In this document: positions 17,286 through 25,933 of the stretch, piece after piece | Position numbering within the stretch: position 1 is the stretch's first letter | Layout: every line of letters starts with the position of its first letter | Origin: an uncultured Thermoanaerobaculia bacterium | Lineage (GTDB): Bacteria; Acidobacteriota; Thermoanaerobaculia; Thermoanaerobaculales; Sulfomarinibacteraceae | Assembly (NCBI GenBank): GCA_964420405.1 | Contig: CAYQTL010000004.1 | Coordinates: 71,706 to 135,705, forward strand | Length of the DNA: 64,000 nucleotides | Reading direction: 5' to 3' | Position numbers and translations under genes: made by a program | Notes under the pieces: generated by a model | What the model was told of the DNA's origin: nothing | Seen by the model: only the letters and a program-made list of their open reading frames with translations | Databases searched by the model: none

Positions 17286-19381
17286 GCGAGCCGCTGCGGA
17301 TCCTCCTGATCGAGGACAGGGCGACCGACGCCGACCTGATCCGGGCGGAGCTCCGCGCCGTGCGCCGGCCACGCGTCGAGACCGAGCACCGCACGAGCCT
17401 CGGCGCGGGTCTGAAACGCCTCGACGACGGCGGCGTCGACCTCGTTCTGCTCGACTTCTCGCTGCCGGACAGCGAGGGGCTCGGGACCTACCACCGGGTC
17501 CGCGACGCCCACCCGGAGGTGCCGGTCATCGTCCTCACCGGCCTCGACGACGACGGCGTCGCCGCGGCGGCCGTCGGCGACGGCGCCCAGGACTACCTGG
17601 TCAAGCGCGAGATGGACCACCGCGTGCTCGCCCGCGCGATCCGCTACGCCCTCGGCCGCCACCGGGCGGACGAGGCGCTGCGGCGCAGCGAGGAGCGGTA
17701 CGCGCTCGCGGTCCGCGGCGCCAACGACGGCCTGTGGGACTGGGACGTGGCAGCCGGCCGGATCTACCTCTCGCCACGCTGGAAGCAGATGCTCGGCTAC
17801 CGCCCCGACGAGCTCGACGATCGGCAGGACAGCTGGTTCGGCTGCGTCCATCCCGACGACGTGGGCGAGCTGCGCTCGGCGCTCGAGGTGCACTTCGCGG
17901 GCGCCGGCGACCGGTTCGAGCGCGAGCACCGGATGCGCCGCAGGGACGGTGGCGACGTGTGGGTCCTCACCCGCGGAGTCGTGGTGCGGGACCCCGCGGG
18001 GCGTGTGACCCGCATGGCGGGCTCCATGACCGACGTCGACGCCCGCAAGCGGGCCGAGGCGAAGCTGGTCCACGACGCGTTCCACGACGCCCTCACCGGC
18101 CTCGCCAACCGGGCGCTGTTCGTCGACCGGATGGCGGTCGCCCAGGCGGCGTCGCTGCGCCGGTCGGGAGACCGGTTCGCGGTCCTCTTCCTCGACCTGG
18201 ACCGTTTCAAGAACGTCAACGACAGCCTCGGCCACGTCGTCGGCGACCGTCTGCTGCAGGCGATCGCCGCCCGCCTCCTCGACCTGGTCCGCCCCGGCGA
18301 CACGGTCGCACGGCTCGGCGGCGACGAGTTCGCGGTCCTGGTCAACCGGATCGCCGATCCGTCCGACCCGATCCGGGTCGCGGAGCGGGTGCAGGACGTG
18401 CTCGCCGAGCCGTTCCAGACGGCGGGTCACGAGGTGTTCGTCACCGCCTCCATCGGCATCGCCTACGGCGGCGGCGACGACAGTCTGTCGCCCGAGTCGC
18501 TGCTGCGGGACGCCGACATCGCCATGTACCGGGCCAAGGCCGCGGGCCGCGCCCAGTACGTGGTCTTCGACGACGAGATGCACCGCAGCGCGGTGCGGCT
18601 GCTGCGGCTGGAGACCGAGCTGCGGCGCGCGGTGGACACCGAGGCCTTCGTGATGCACTACCAGCCGATCGTCGACCTCGCCACCCACGAGATCGTCGGC
18701 TTCGAGGCGCTGGTGCGTTGGAACCACCCGGAGCGCGGGCTGGTGCCGCCGGCGGTGTTCATCGGCGTCGCAGAGGAGACCGGCCTGATCGTCCGGCTCG
18801 GCTGGTGGGTCCTCGAGCAGGCCTGCCGCCAGACCGTCGACTGGCAGCGACGCCACCCTTCGACGCCGCCCCTGTTCAGCAGCGTCAACTTCTCCGGCAA
18901 GCTGTTCGTCCAGCCGGACGTGGTCGAGCGCGTGACGGCGATTCTCGACGACACCGGCCTGCCGGCCACCAGCTTGCGGCTCGAGATCACCGAGAACGTG
19001 GTCCTCGACCACGGTGACCGGGCGGTGACGCGCCTCGACGAGCTCCGGTCCCTCGGCGTGCAGCTGTCGGTGGACGACTTCGGCACCGGCTACTCGTCGC
19101 TCAGCTACCTGCAGCGGTTCCACTACGACTCGCTCAAGATCGACCGCTCGTTCGTCGCCCGCATCGGCTCGCCCAACGGCGAGTCCCAGGCGATCGTCGA
19201 GAGCATCCTCGCCCTCGCCGACTCCCTCGGAATCGGCGTTATCGCCGAGGGCGTCGAGACCGCCGAGCAGGCGGCCTGGCTGCGGAACCTGCGCTGTCCC
19301 CACGGCCAGGGTTTCTGGTTCGCCCGCCCGGTCGACGCCGACCGCGCCGAGGCGCTCCTTCGCACCGGCCTGCCGAGCTGA
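17282..19381 (+). CDS. Response regulator with REC-PAS-GGDEF-EAL architecture (c-di-GMP turnover)
   Basis: 699 aa. ATGA overlap with the upstream kinase gene. REC acceptor LVLLDFSLPD. Intact GGDEF (RLGGDEFAV) and EAL (GFEALVRW, DDFGTGYSS) motifs. Confidence 0.9.
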   Translation: MSEPLRILLIEDRATDADLIRAELRAVRRPRVETEHRTSLGAGLKRLDDGGVDLVLLDFSLPDSEGLGTYHRVRDAHPEVPVIVLTGLDDDGVAAAAVGDGAQDYLVKREMDHRVLARAIRYALGRHRADEALRRSEERYALAVRGANDGLWDWDVAAGRIYLSPRWKQMLGYRPDELDDRQDSWFGCVHPDDVGELRSALEVHFAGAGDRFEREHRMRRRDGGDVWVLTRGVVVRDPAGRVTRMAGSMTDVDARKRAEAKLVHDAFHDALTGLANRALFVDRMAVAQAASLRRSGDRFAVLFLDLDRFKNVNDSLGHVVGDRLLQAIAARLLDLVRPGDTVARLGGDEFAVLVNRIADPSDPIRVAERVQDVLAEPFQTAGHEVFVTASIGIAYGGGDDSLSPESLLRDADIAMYRAKAAGRAQYVVFDDEMHRSAVRLLRLETELRRAVDTEAFVMHYQPIVDLATHEIVGFEALVRWNHPERGLVPPAVFIGVAEETGLIVRLGWWVLEQACRQTVDWQRRHPSTPPLFSSVNFSGKLFVQPDVVERVTAILDDTGLPATSLRLEITENVVLDHGDRAVTRLDELRSLGVQLSVDDFGTGYSSLSYLQRFHYDSLKIDRSFVARIGSPNGESQAIVESILALADSLGIGVIAEGVETAEQAAWLRNLRCPHGQGFWFARPVDADRAEALLRTGLPS

Positions 19382-19960
19382 GCACCCGACACGACGACAA
19401 TCGCCGGCATGATCCGACCGGTGCCGCCGTCCTGGCTTCGGCGCACACCGATCGCCCTCCCGGACAGATCGCGGTCCACATCGAGGTCGCGACCTCCGAG
19501 GACCTCCTCTCGCTGCTCATCCACGACGCCGTCCACGCGCTCGTGCTCCGGGCTCTGCTGCCGCCGGGACGCGCCCCGTCGCGGTGGCTGGACGAGAGGT
19601 TCGCCGACGACGTCGGCACCTCCACAGTGCGCACGCGCCGGCTCGAGCTGGGCGATCGCGCCGTCCCCCTGCCCGCTCGGCAGGTCGAACTCGGCGGCCG
19701 CCCACCGCACGTCGGCCGGCAGACCGGTATTCCACGGCGGCTCGAGGGCGTGTCGGGCCGCCGCCAGGTCGCCGAGGCGACCGCACACCGCCGTCGGTGC
19801 CCGACGGACACGGGGATCCGGGGTGGAGGCGTCCCGCGTCGCGAGTCGAGCCACCCTCCTGCGCGCACGCTGCCAGCCTCCGCAGCTGCCGGCGTCACAC
19901 GGCGGCGGGCGCCCGGGGGGTCCAACGCGGAATCCTCGGTGCCACGTCGCACGCCGTACA

Positions 19961-20806
19961 ATGCCCCCCATGACGCGAACCACCGAGATCGACGGCGTGA
20001 CACTCCACCTCGCGCGGCCGGCCGCGCCGGCACCCGAGTGGGTCGGCCAGCGGGAGGTCCTGCTGCAGCTGCTGGCGGCCTGGACCTGCTTCTCCGAACG
20101 CGACCTGCCTCTCAACCCCCGGCTGCTCGGCAAGCCGGGGGTCGGCAAGACGACCCTCGCCTGCGCCGCGGCGCGGGAGCTCGGACGCGACACCTTCATC
20201 GTCCAGGCGACGATGGACACCCGCCCCGAGGACCTGATCGTCACGCCGGTGCTCGACCCGTCGGGCGGCGTCCGCTACATGGCCTCGCCGCTCGTCACCG
20301 CGATGGTCACGGGCGGCGTCTGCATCCTCGACGAGGGCAACCGGATGTCGGAGAAGTCGTGGGCCTCCCTCGCACCCCTGCTCGACCACCGCCGCAGCGT
20401 CGAGTCGGTCGTCGCCGGGGTCACGGTCCACGCCGCCGACGACTTCCGGTTCGTCACCACCATGAACGAGGACGCCTCGACCTACGAGATCCCGGAGTAC
20501 ATCCACTCGCGGCTGATGCCGCAGATCACCATCGACTTCCCCGACGAGGACGAGGAGCGGGCGATCCTCGAGGCCCAGGTGCCGGACGCCGAGGCCGAGG
20601 TGCTCGACTACGTGGCGGCGTTCCTCGTCGCGGCCCACGGCGCGGACCTGCGGTACTCGGTACGCGACGGCATCAACGTCGCCCGCTACGCCATGAAGCG
20701 GCTGCGCCGGGGCGAGGCGGCGACCGAGCTCGACGCCGTCGTCACCGCCCTCGAGCTCGCCCTCGGGGCCGATGAGGCGCAGCCGTTCCTGGAGCTGCTG
20801 CGGTGA
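19961..20806 (+). CDS. AAA+ ATPase of the MoxR/CbbQ/NorQ-like (AAA_5) type
   Basis: C-terminal part of track ORF 19409..20806. Walker A GKPGVGKTT. Walker B VCILDEGN. ATG at 19961, with an alternative ATG at 19970. Confidence 0.8.
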   Translation: MPPMTRTTEIDGVTLHLARPAAPAPEWVGQREVLLQLLAAWTCFSERDLPLNPRLLGKPGVGKTTLACAAARELGRDTFIVQATMDTRPEDLIVTPVLDPSGGVRYMASPLVTAMVTGGVCILDEGNRMSEKSWASLAPLLDHRRSVESVVAGVTVHAADDFRFVTTMNEDASTYEIPEYIHSRLMPQITIDFPDEDEERAILEAQVPDAEAEVLDYVAAFLVAAHGADLRYSVRDGINVARYAMKRLRRGEAATELDAVVTALELALGADEAQPFLELLR

Positions 20807-22823
20807 CCGGCCGGCGCGGTCCGGAGCGGCGGTGAACGACCTCGACCTCGAGGCCGTCGCACCGGCGGCGACCCCGGGGATCCGGATCGTCCCCGTGCTG
20901 CACGAGCGGGTCGACCTGGCGGCCCTGGTCCGCGCGGTCCTCGAGGCCGTCGACCCGGCCGCGGTCGCCGTCGAGCTGCCCACGACCCTCGCCGACGCGG
21001 CGGCCCGCGCGGTGGCGCGGCTGCCGAAGCTGTCGGCGGTGGTGGCCGAGCCCGAAGGGGACGACGCCCTGGTGTGGGTGGTCTCCCCCGGCGACCCGCT
21101 GGTGGAGGCGATGCGCTGGGCGGCCGAGCGCGACCGCACGGTGGTTCCCGTCGACCCCGACGTGGCCTACCACCACCGCCACCGCGACCCGCTGCCGGAC
21201 CCGCACGTGCTGTGGACGCTCGGCCCGGCCCGCTGGGCCGCCACCGTCCGCGCCGCCGCCGGGCGGCGGCCGCCGTCCGACGCCGACCGGCTCCGCGAGC
21301 AGGGGATGGCGCACCACCTCCGCGAGGCCGCGGAACGGACCGACGGGACGATCGTCGCGCTCGTCGGCGCGGCCCACGCCGACCGGGTCGCCGCCGCCCT
21401 CTCCGGCCCGACCGCGCCGCCGCTGGCGCGGGTCCGGCGGTCGAGCGTGCTGCTGCGCCACGTCCATCCCGACAGCCTCACCGCGCTCATGCCCGACCCG
21501 CCCCTCGCCCACGCCGTCTGGGAGGTGATCCGGGACGGCGCCGTGCCGGAGGAGGTGGCGGTGGGCGACGCGGTCGCCCCGCGGATGGAGCTGGTCCGGC
21601 ACGGCCTCACCGTCATCGCCGGCGGCTTCGACGAGGACCGCGCCGCGCGCCGTCGCGCGCTGGTCGACTTCGCCGCCCACCACGCCGCGCGTCGGGCCTG
21701 GGGCGGCCGGCCCGCCCCGGATCGCGCCGCCCTGTCGCGCGCCGTGTGGCGTCTCGGCGCGGCGTCGTATGCCGAGCAGACGCGGGAGGAGACGGCGCCG
21801 TGGCAGCACCGGCTGTTCTTCGACGTCGCCCGGCGCTACGCCCGCATCCAGGGCCAGCTCGTCCCGGGCCTGTACGAGCTGGTGATGGCCGCCCGGGGCT
21901 GTGCGGACGACAACCTCGCGTGGGAGGTGTTCGACACCGCCCGCTGCTACCCCTGGCAGCAGGAGCGGGCCGAGATCGAGACCGCGCGGATCGACGGCGA
22001 CATGCTCGACCTCGGCACCCGCGCGATCCGGTTCCGGCGCCGGTTCTTCCGCGTCAAGCAGCGGCCGGTTCGGGTACCGGTCCGCCAGCGGCCCGAGGCC
22101 GACGATCCCCGCGACTGGCTCGAGGGGTTCGAGGGCGGGATGCTGTGCTCCTACCCGCCCGAGGACGTGGTGATCGAGGACTACGGCCGGTTCCTGCAGC
22201 GCAAGGCGGTGTCGGTGCTGTCGGCGGAGCGGACGCGCTCGGAGCCGTTCTCGACCTCGATGCTCGACGGGCTCGACCTTCGGGAGACCCTCGCCCACTG
22301 GTACGAGGGGCGCCCGTGGGTGCGCGAGCTCGGCCGCGTGGCCGGCGACGCCGGCTCGGTGGTCGTGATCTTCGACGAGGATCCCGGCGGCGACCTCTTC
22401 CCGTACCTGATGTCGTGGCTCGGGGAGCACGACCAGGAGTCGGACATGGCGTTCTACGCCACCGACCCGACGCGGCAGATCGTCGGCCCCGGCATCATGC
22501 GGGCGACCCACGGCGGGTTCATGCTGACCTACCCGCCCGGGCGGCTCTTCGACGTCTGGCGCGACCCCGACTACCGGGAGGCACGATCCAAGTCCGAGGT
22601 CCTGCTGCTGGCCGCGATCGACTACAGCACCGAGAAGCTCGTGGTGCACGTCGCCGCCGCGCCGCCCCCCGAGCGCGTCAAGGCCCACGCCGCCCGCCAG
22701 CGCAAGCGGATCGTCCACATCCCCGTCGGCAGCCTCTCCCCCGTCACCCTGAAGAGGATCCGCGTCCTCCACATCCTCGCCGGTCACGACAAGCGCGCCG
22801 TCGCGCGGGACTACGTGTGGTAG
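20772..22823 (+). CDS. Large uncharacterised protein with an N-terminal TraB/PrgY/GumN-like region (possibly DUF5682-like), partner of the AAA+ ATPase
   Basis: 683 aa. IRIVPVLHERVDLAALVRAVLEAVDPAAVAVELP and GTIVALVGAAHADRV resemble the TraB-family motifs (GTAHVS...AVELC and GAGH). The start is either ATG 20772 (35-nt overlap with the AAA+ gene) or the in-frame GTG 20832. Confidence 0.65.
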   Translation: MRRSRSWSCCGDRPARSGAAVNDLDLEAVAPAATPGIRIVPVLHERVDLAALVRAVLEAVDPAAVAVELPTTLADAAARAVARLPKLSAVVAEPEGDDALVWVVSPGDPLVEAMRWAAERDRTVVPVDPDVAYHHRHRDPLPDPHVLWTLGPARWAATVRAAAGRRPPSDADRLREQGMAHHLREAAERTDGTIVALVGAAHADRVAAALSGPTAPPLARVRRSSVLLRHVHPDSLTALMPDPPLAHAVWEVIRDGAVPEEVAVGDAVAPRMELVRHGLTVIAGGFDEDRAARRRALVDFAAHHAARRAWGGRPAPDRAALSRAVWRLGAASYAEQTREETAPWQHRLFFDVARRYARIQGQLVPGLYELVMAARGCADDNLAWEVFDTARCYPWQQERAEIETARIDGDMLDLGTRAIRFRRRFFRVKQRPVRVPVRQRPEADDPRDWLEGFEGGMLCSYPPEDVVIEDYGRFLQRKAVSVLSAERTRSEPFSTSMLDGLDLRETLAHWYEGRPWVRELGRVAGDAGSVVVIFDEDPGGDLFPYLMSWLGEHDQESDMAFYATDPTRQIVGPGIMRATHGGFMLTYPPGRLFDVWRDPDYREARSKSEVLLLAAIDYSTEKLVVHVAAAPPPERVKAHAARQRKRIVHIPVGSLSPVTLKRIRVLHILAGHDKRAVARDYVW

Positions 22824-22859
22824 GAAGACCCAGATCCCCCCTGCGCCGTACGACCGTCC

Positions 22860-22889
22860 GATCCCGTTCCCGATCCCGATCCCGTTCCC
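22860..22889. repeat. HAE single arm: gatccc gttccc gatccc gatccc gttccc
   Basis: Read directly. It lies between convergent gene ends (22823 and 22998). Confidence 0.8.
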
Positions 22890-22997
22890 GATGGGCGTGA
22901 CGGTCGCGACCTCGGCCCGAAGCGGGAGTCGTACCCCGCCAAGCGCATCGAGGTGCTCGCGCGGTGGGTCGGCGAACGGTGCGCCTCACCCCTCCCC

Positions 22998-24239
22998 CTA
23001 CAGCGACGTCTCGCGGGAACCGGGATAGACATCGAAGGGAGCGCGGTCGCCGAGGGGCTCGCCGGCTGCCATCCGCTCGGCGGCGTCGAGGAAGAACTCC
23101 CGCTCGCCGTCCCGGGCGGTCTCGACGGCGCGGCGCTGGATCTCGAGGGCCTCGTCCACGTCGCCGCGGAGGTACAGAATCCGGCCGAGTGTGTCGGCGA
23201 TGTCGGGATCCCGCTCGCGGTCCCACGCCGCCCGCGCCATCTCGAGCGCCAGGTCGAGGTCGGTGCGGGCGAGGTACAGCTGCCACGCGCCCTGGTTGAG
23301 CTGGTCGGCCGTCAGACGGTCGCAGGCGCCCGCGAACCACTCGCGGTAGGCCCGTGCCGCCAGCTCGTAGTGGCCGTTGCGAAATGCGAAGTCCGCCACA
23401 CCGCCGACATCCTCCAGCGGGATGTCGCCCTCCCGGTAGGGCGTGAGCAACGCCGCCGCGTCGTCGCGCCGCGCCTGGCGCAGCCGGGCCGCCTGGGCGG
23501 CCGGGGGCAGCTCGGCGAGGCCGTCCTCGACCGCCCCCCGGAGGTGGTCGAGCCCGGCGGCGTCGGGCAGCGCCGGGGGAGCGTCGAGGCCGTCCCGGTA
23601 CAGCCGCCCCACCCGTTCGTACACCCGCTCGAGGAGCGCACTCCGGGCCTCGAACATGAGCTTGCGGCAGACACCCTCCCGGTGGCCGCTCGAGGACCTG
23701 TGGTACGCCTCGACCCGCTCGATCGCGCTCTCGGGATCAGCCCGCTCCAACAGGCCCTCGACCGCCCGACGGACGGCGTCGGCGTCGGCGGGGTCCTCGG
23801 CCAGCTCCTCGAGGCACGCGACGAAGGTGTCGCCGGCGCGGATCCGGCGGATGTCGGCGACGAAGTCGTCCGGCGGTCTGTAGCCGACGATCCGGTCCAC
23901 CTCGCGGCCGTCGGCGTCGGTGAACACCACCGTCGGGTAGCTCACCACGTCGAACCGCCGCGCCAGCTCGCGCCCCTCGTTCTCGGCGTCCTGCTCGATC
24001 GCCACCAGGCCGTCGATCTCGCGCCGCACCTCGTCACTGGCGAGGGTGTCGGCCTCCAGCCGCCGGCACCATGAGCACCACTCGGTGGTGAACTGGACCA
24101 TCACGAGGGTGCCCCGTGCGGCAGCCTCCGCGCGAGCCTTCTCGAAGTCGCCGTCGTAGTAGAGGTCTCCGGCTCCCCGGCAGGCCGCCAGCACCCCAGC
24201 CGCCGCGAGGGCGGCCCCGACCGCGATCGTCCTGTTCAC
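22998..24239 (-). CDS. Thioredoxin-fold lipoprotein with a C-terminal helical/TPR-like region
   Basis: Track ORF 22998..24452, trimmed to GTG 24239 (GGGAGG upstream). Lipobox VNRTIAVGAALAAAGVLAAC. CxxC motif in TTEWCSWCRRLE. Confidence 0.75.
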   Translation of the reverse strand: MNRTIAVGAALAAAGVLAACRGAGDLYYDGDFEKARAEAAARGTLVMVQFTTEWCSWCRRLEADTLASDEVRREIDGLVAIEQDAENEGRELARRFDVVSYPTVVFTDADGREVDRIVGYRPPDDFVADIRRIRAGDTFVACLEELAEDPADADAVRRAVEGLLERADPESAIERVEAYHRSSSGHREGVCRKLMFEARSALLERVYERVGRLYRDGLDAPPALPDAAGLDHLRGAVEDGLAELPPAAQAARLRQARRDDAAALLTPYREGDIPLEDVGGVADFAFRNGHYELAARAYREWFAGACDRLTADQLNQGAWQLYLARTDLDLALEMARAAWDRERDPDIADTLGRILYLRGDVDEALEIQRRAVETARDGEREFFLDAAERMAAGEPLGDRAPFDVYPGSRETSL

Positions 24240-24390
24240 CCGGTACCTCCCTGACGCCCCCGGAGCGAGCCCGCGCCACCGCCAGCGGGGCGCAGTCGGT
24301 CCGCACTCCCGGAGGTACGTCGCGTCCCGCGGGGAGTTGCGCGCCACCCGAAGGGCCCAACCGCGACCGCCGGTCGGGCGTTCCCGTGAC

Positions 24391-25584
24391 CTACTCGGTC
24401 CGCAACGCCTCCACCGGGTCGAGCCCGGCCGCTCGCCTGGCCGGGGCGACACCGCTGAGAATCCCCACCACCACGCTCATCGTGACCGCGGCGACGACCG
24501 CCAGGGGTGGCGTCGCCACCGGCAGGCCGGGCACCGCCAACCGCACCAGCCCGATCAGGCCGAGCCCCGCCGCCACCCCGAGCGCGCCGCCGGCTCCTGC
24601 CAGCACCACCGACTCCAGCAGGAACAGCCGCTCGACGTCGTGTCGCTCGACGCCGAGCGCGCGCAGCAGCCCGATCTCGGCGGTCCGTTCGTGGACCGAG
24701 ATCCACATGATGGTGAGGATCCCGATCGCACCGACCACCAGCGAGATCCCGGCGATGCCCGACACCGCCACCGTCACGATCCCGATCACCCGGTCGAAGG
24801 TCTCCAGCATCTCGGTCTGGGTGGTGACGGTGAAGTCCTCCTCGCCCCGGTGGCGCTCGGTCAGCACAGAGGTGATGCCGGCCACCACCTCCGGGATCCG
24901 CTCGGTGCTGTCGGCGACGACGTCGATCTCGAGCAGCTCGTCGACGTTGAAGAGCGACAGCGCGGTGGCCGCCGGGATGAAGCCCGTGTCGTCGAGGTCG
25001 AAACCGAGGAGCTGGCCCTTGGGCGCCATCACGCCGACGACCCGGAACGAGCGACCGCCGATCCGCACCCGCTCGCCGAGGGGCGAGGCGTCGTCGAACA
25101 GCTCCTGCGCCAGACCCGCCCCGAGCACGCACTCGACCCCTCCGCGGCGCGGGTCGCGGTCGGGCAGGAAGCGGCCCTGCCCGACCTCGAGCCGCCATGC
25201 CTCGGCGGCCTCGCCGCCGACGCCGTACAGCATCACGCTGCGGCCGCGGCCGCCGCCCTCGACCCTCGCCGGGCCGCCGACCACCGGCACCACGTGCTCG
25301 ACGCCCGGCAGCCGGCGCAGCGCCTCGGCGTCGTCGATGGTCAGCGGGTGGGTGGTGCCGCCGAGCACGCCTGGCACGCCGAAGGTGGTGGCCTTGCCCG
25401 GGTTGACCGCGATCAGGCTGGTGCCGAACTGGGTGAACTGGTTGACGATGTAGCCGCGGGCGCCCTCCCCCACCGAGGTCAGGACGATCACCGCCGCGAC
25501 GCCGATGGCGACCCCCAGGGCCGACAGGACCGACCGCAGCCGGTGCCCCGCCAGCGCCCCCACCACGTAGCGGATCAGGTCCAT
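24391..25584 (-). CDS. ABC transporter permease, MacB/FtsX family
   Basis: Last 397 codons of track ORF 24391..26127, starting at ATG 25584 (MDLIRYVVGALAGHRLRSVLSALGV). FtsX-type C-terminus RTAEIGLLRALG ... PARRAAGLDPVEALRTE. Confidence 0.85.
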   Translation of the reverse strand: MDLIRYVVGALAGHRLRSVLSALGVAIGVAAVIVLTSVGEGARGYIVNQFTQFGTSLIAVNPGKATTFGVPGVLGGTTHPLTIDDAEALRRLPGVEHVVPVVGGPARVEGGGRGRSVMLYGVGGEAAEAWRLEVGQGRFLPDRDPRRGGVECVLGAGLAQELFDDASPLGERVRIGGRSFRVVGVMAPKGQLLGFDLDDTGFIPAATALSLFNVDELLEIDVVADSTERIPEVVAGITSVLTERHRGEEDFTVTTQTEMLETFDRVIGIVTVAVSGIAGISLVVGAIGILTIMWISVHERTAEIGLLRALGVERHDVERLFLLESVVLAGAGGALGVAAGLGLIGLVRLAVPGLPVATPPLAVVAAVTMSVVVGILSGVAPARRAAGLDPVEALRTE

Positions 25585-25621
25585 CGCGGCTCCGCACCCA
25601 CTCCGCGCGATCGACCCATCC

Positions 25622-25903
25622 GATCCCGATCCCGTCCCCGATCCCGATCCCGACGCTGGCTGCCACCGGACGCGGCGACGGCTTCGGACGAGCAAGCGGC
25701 TGCACGGCCTTCCACACGCCCTCTCCGGAGAGCGGAGTCCCTGCAACCCTCTCGGCGACACCCACGAACGCTCCTCCGCAGACCCTCCCGGTGGTCCGAC
25801 TCGAACGCACCTCGTGTCGTATCTGCCATTACGAGCTGGGGGGAGTCGTGGTCGACGAGCTCCGGGGACCTGGCCCTTCGGGATCGGGATCGGGATCGGA
25901 GCG
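25622..25903. repeat. HAE full copy (282 bp). Left arm gatccc gatccc gtcccc gatccc gatccc; right arm gggatc gggatc gggatc ggagcg. Located between the two permease genes of one operon.
   Basis: Arms read directly. The left boundary CATCCGATCCCGAT and inner boundary TCCCGACG are shared with other copies. The interior has short matches (atggcaga, ggaggag, gtgtcgc) to the reverse complement of the 50189 copy. Confidence 0.75.
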
Positions 25904-25933
25904 GGCTCGTGGCAGATTGCGACATTCTGTCCA

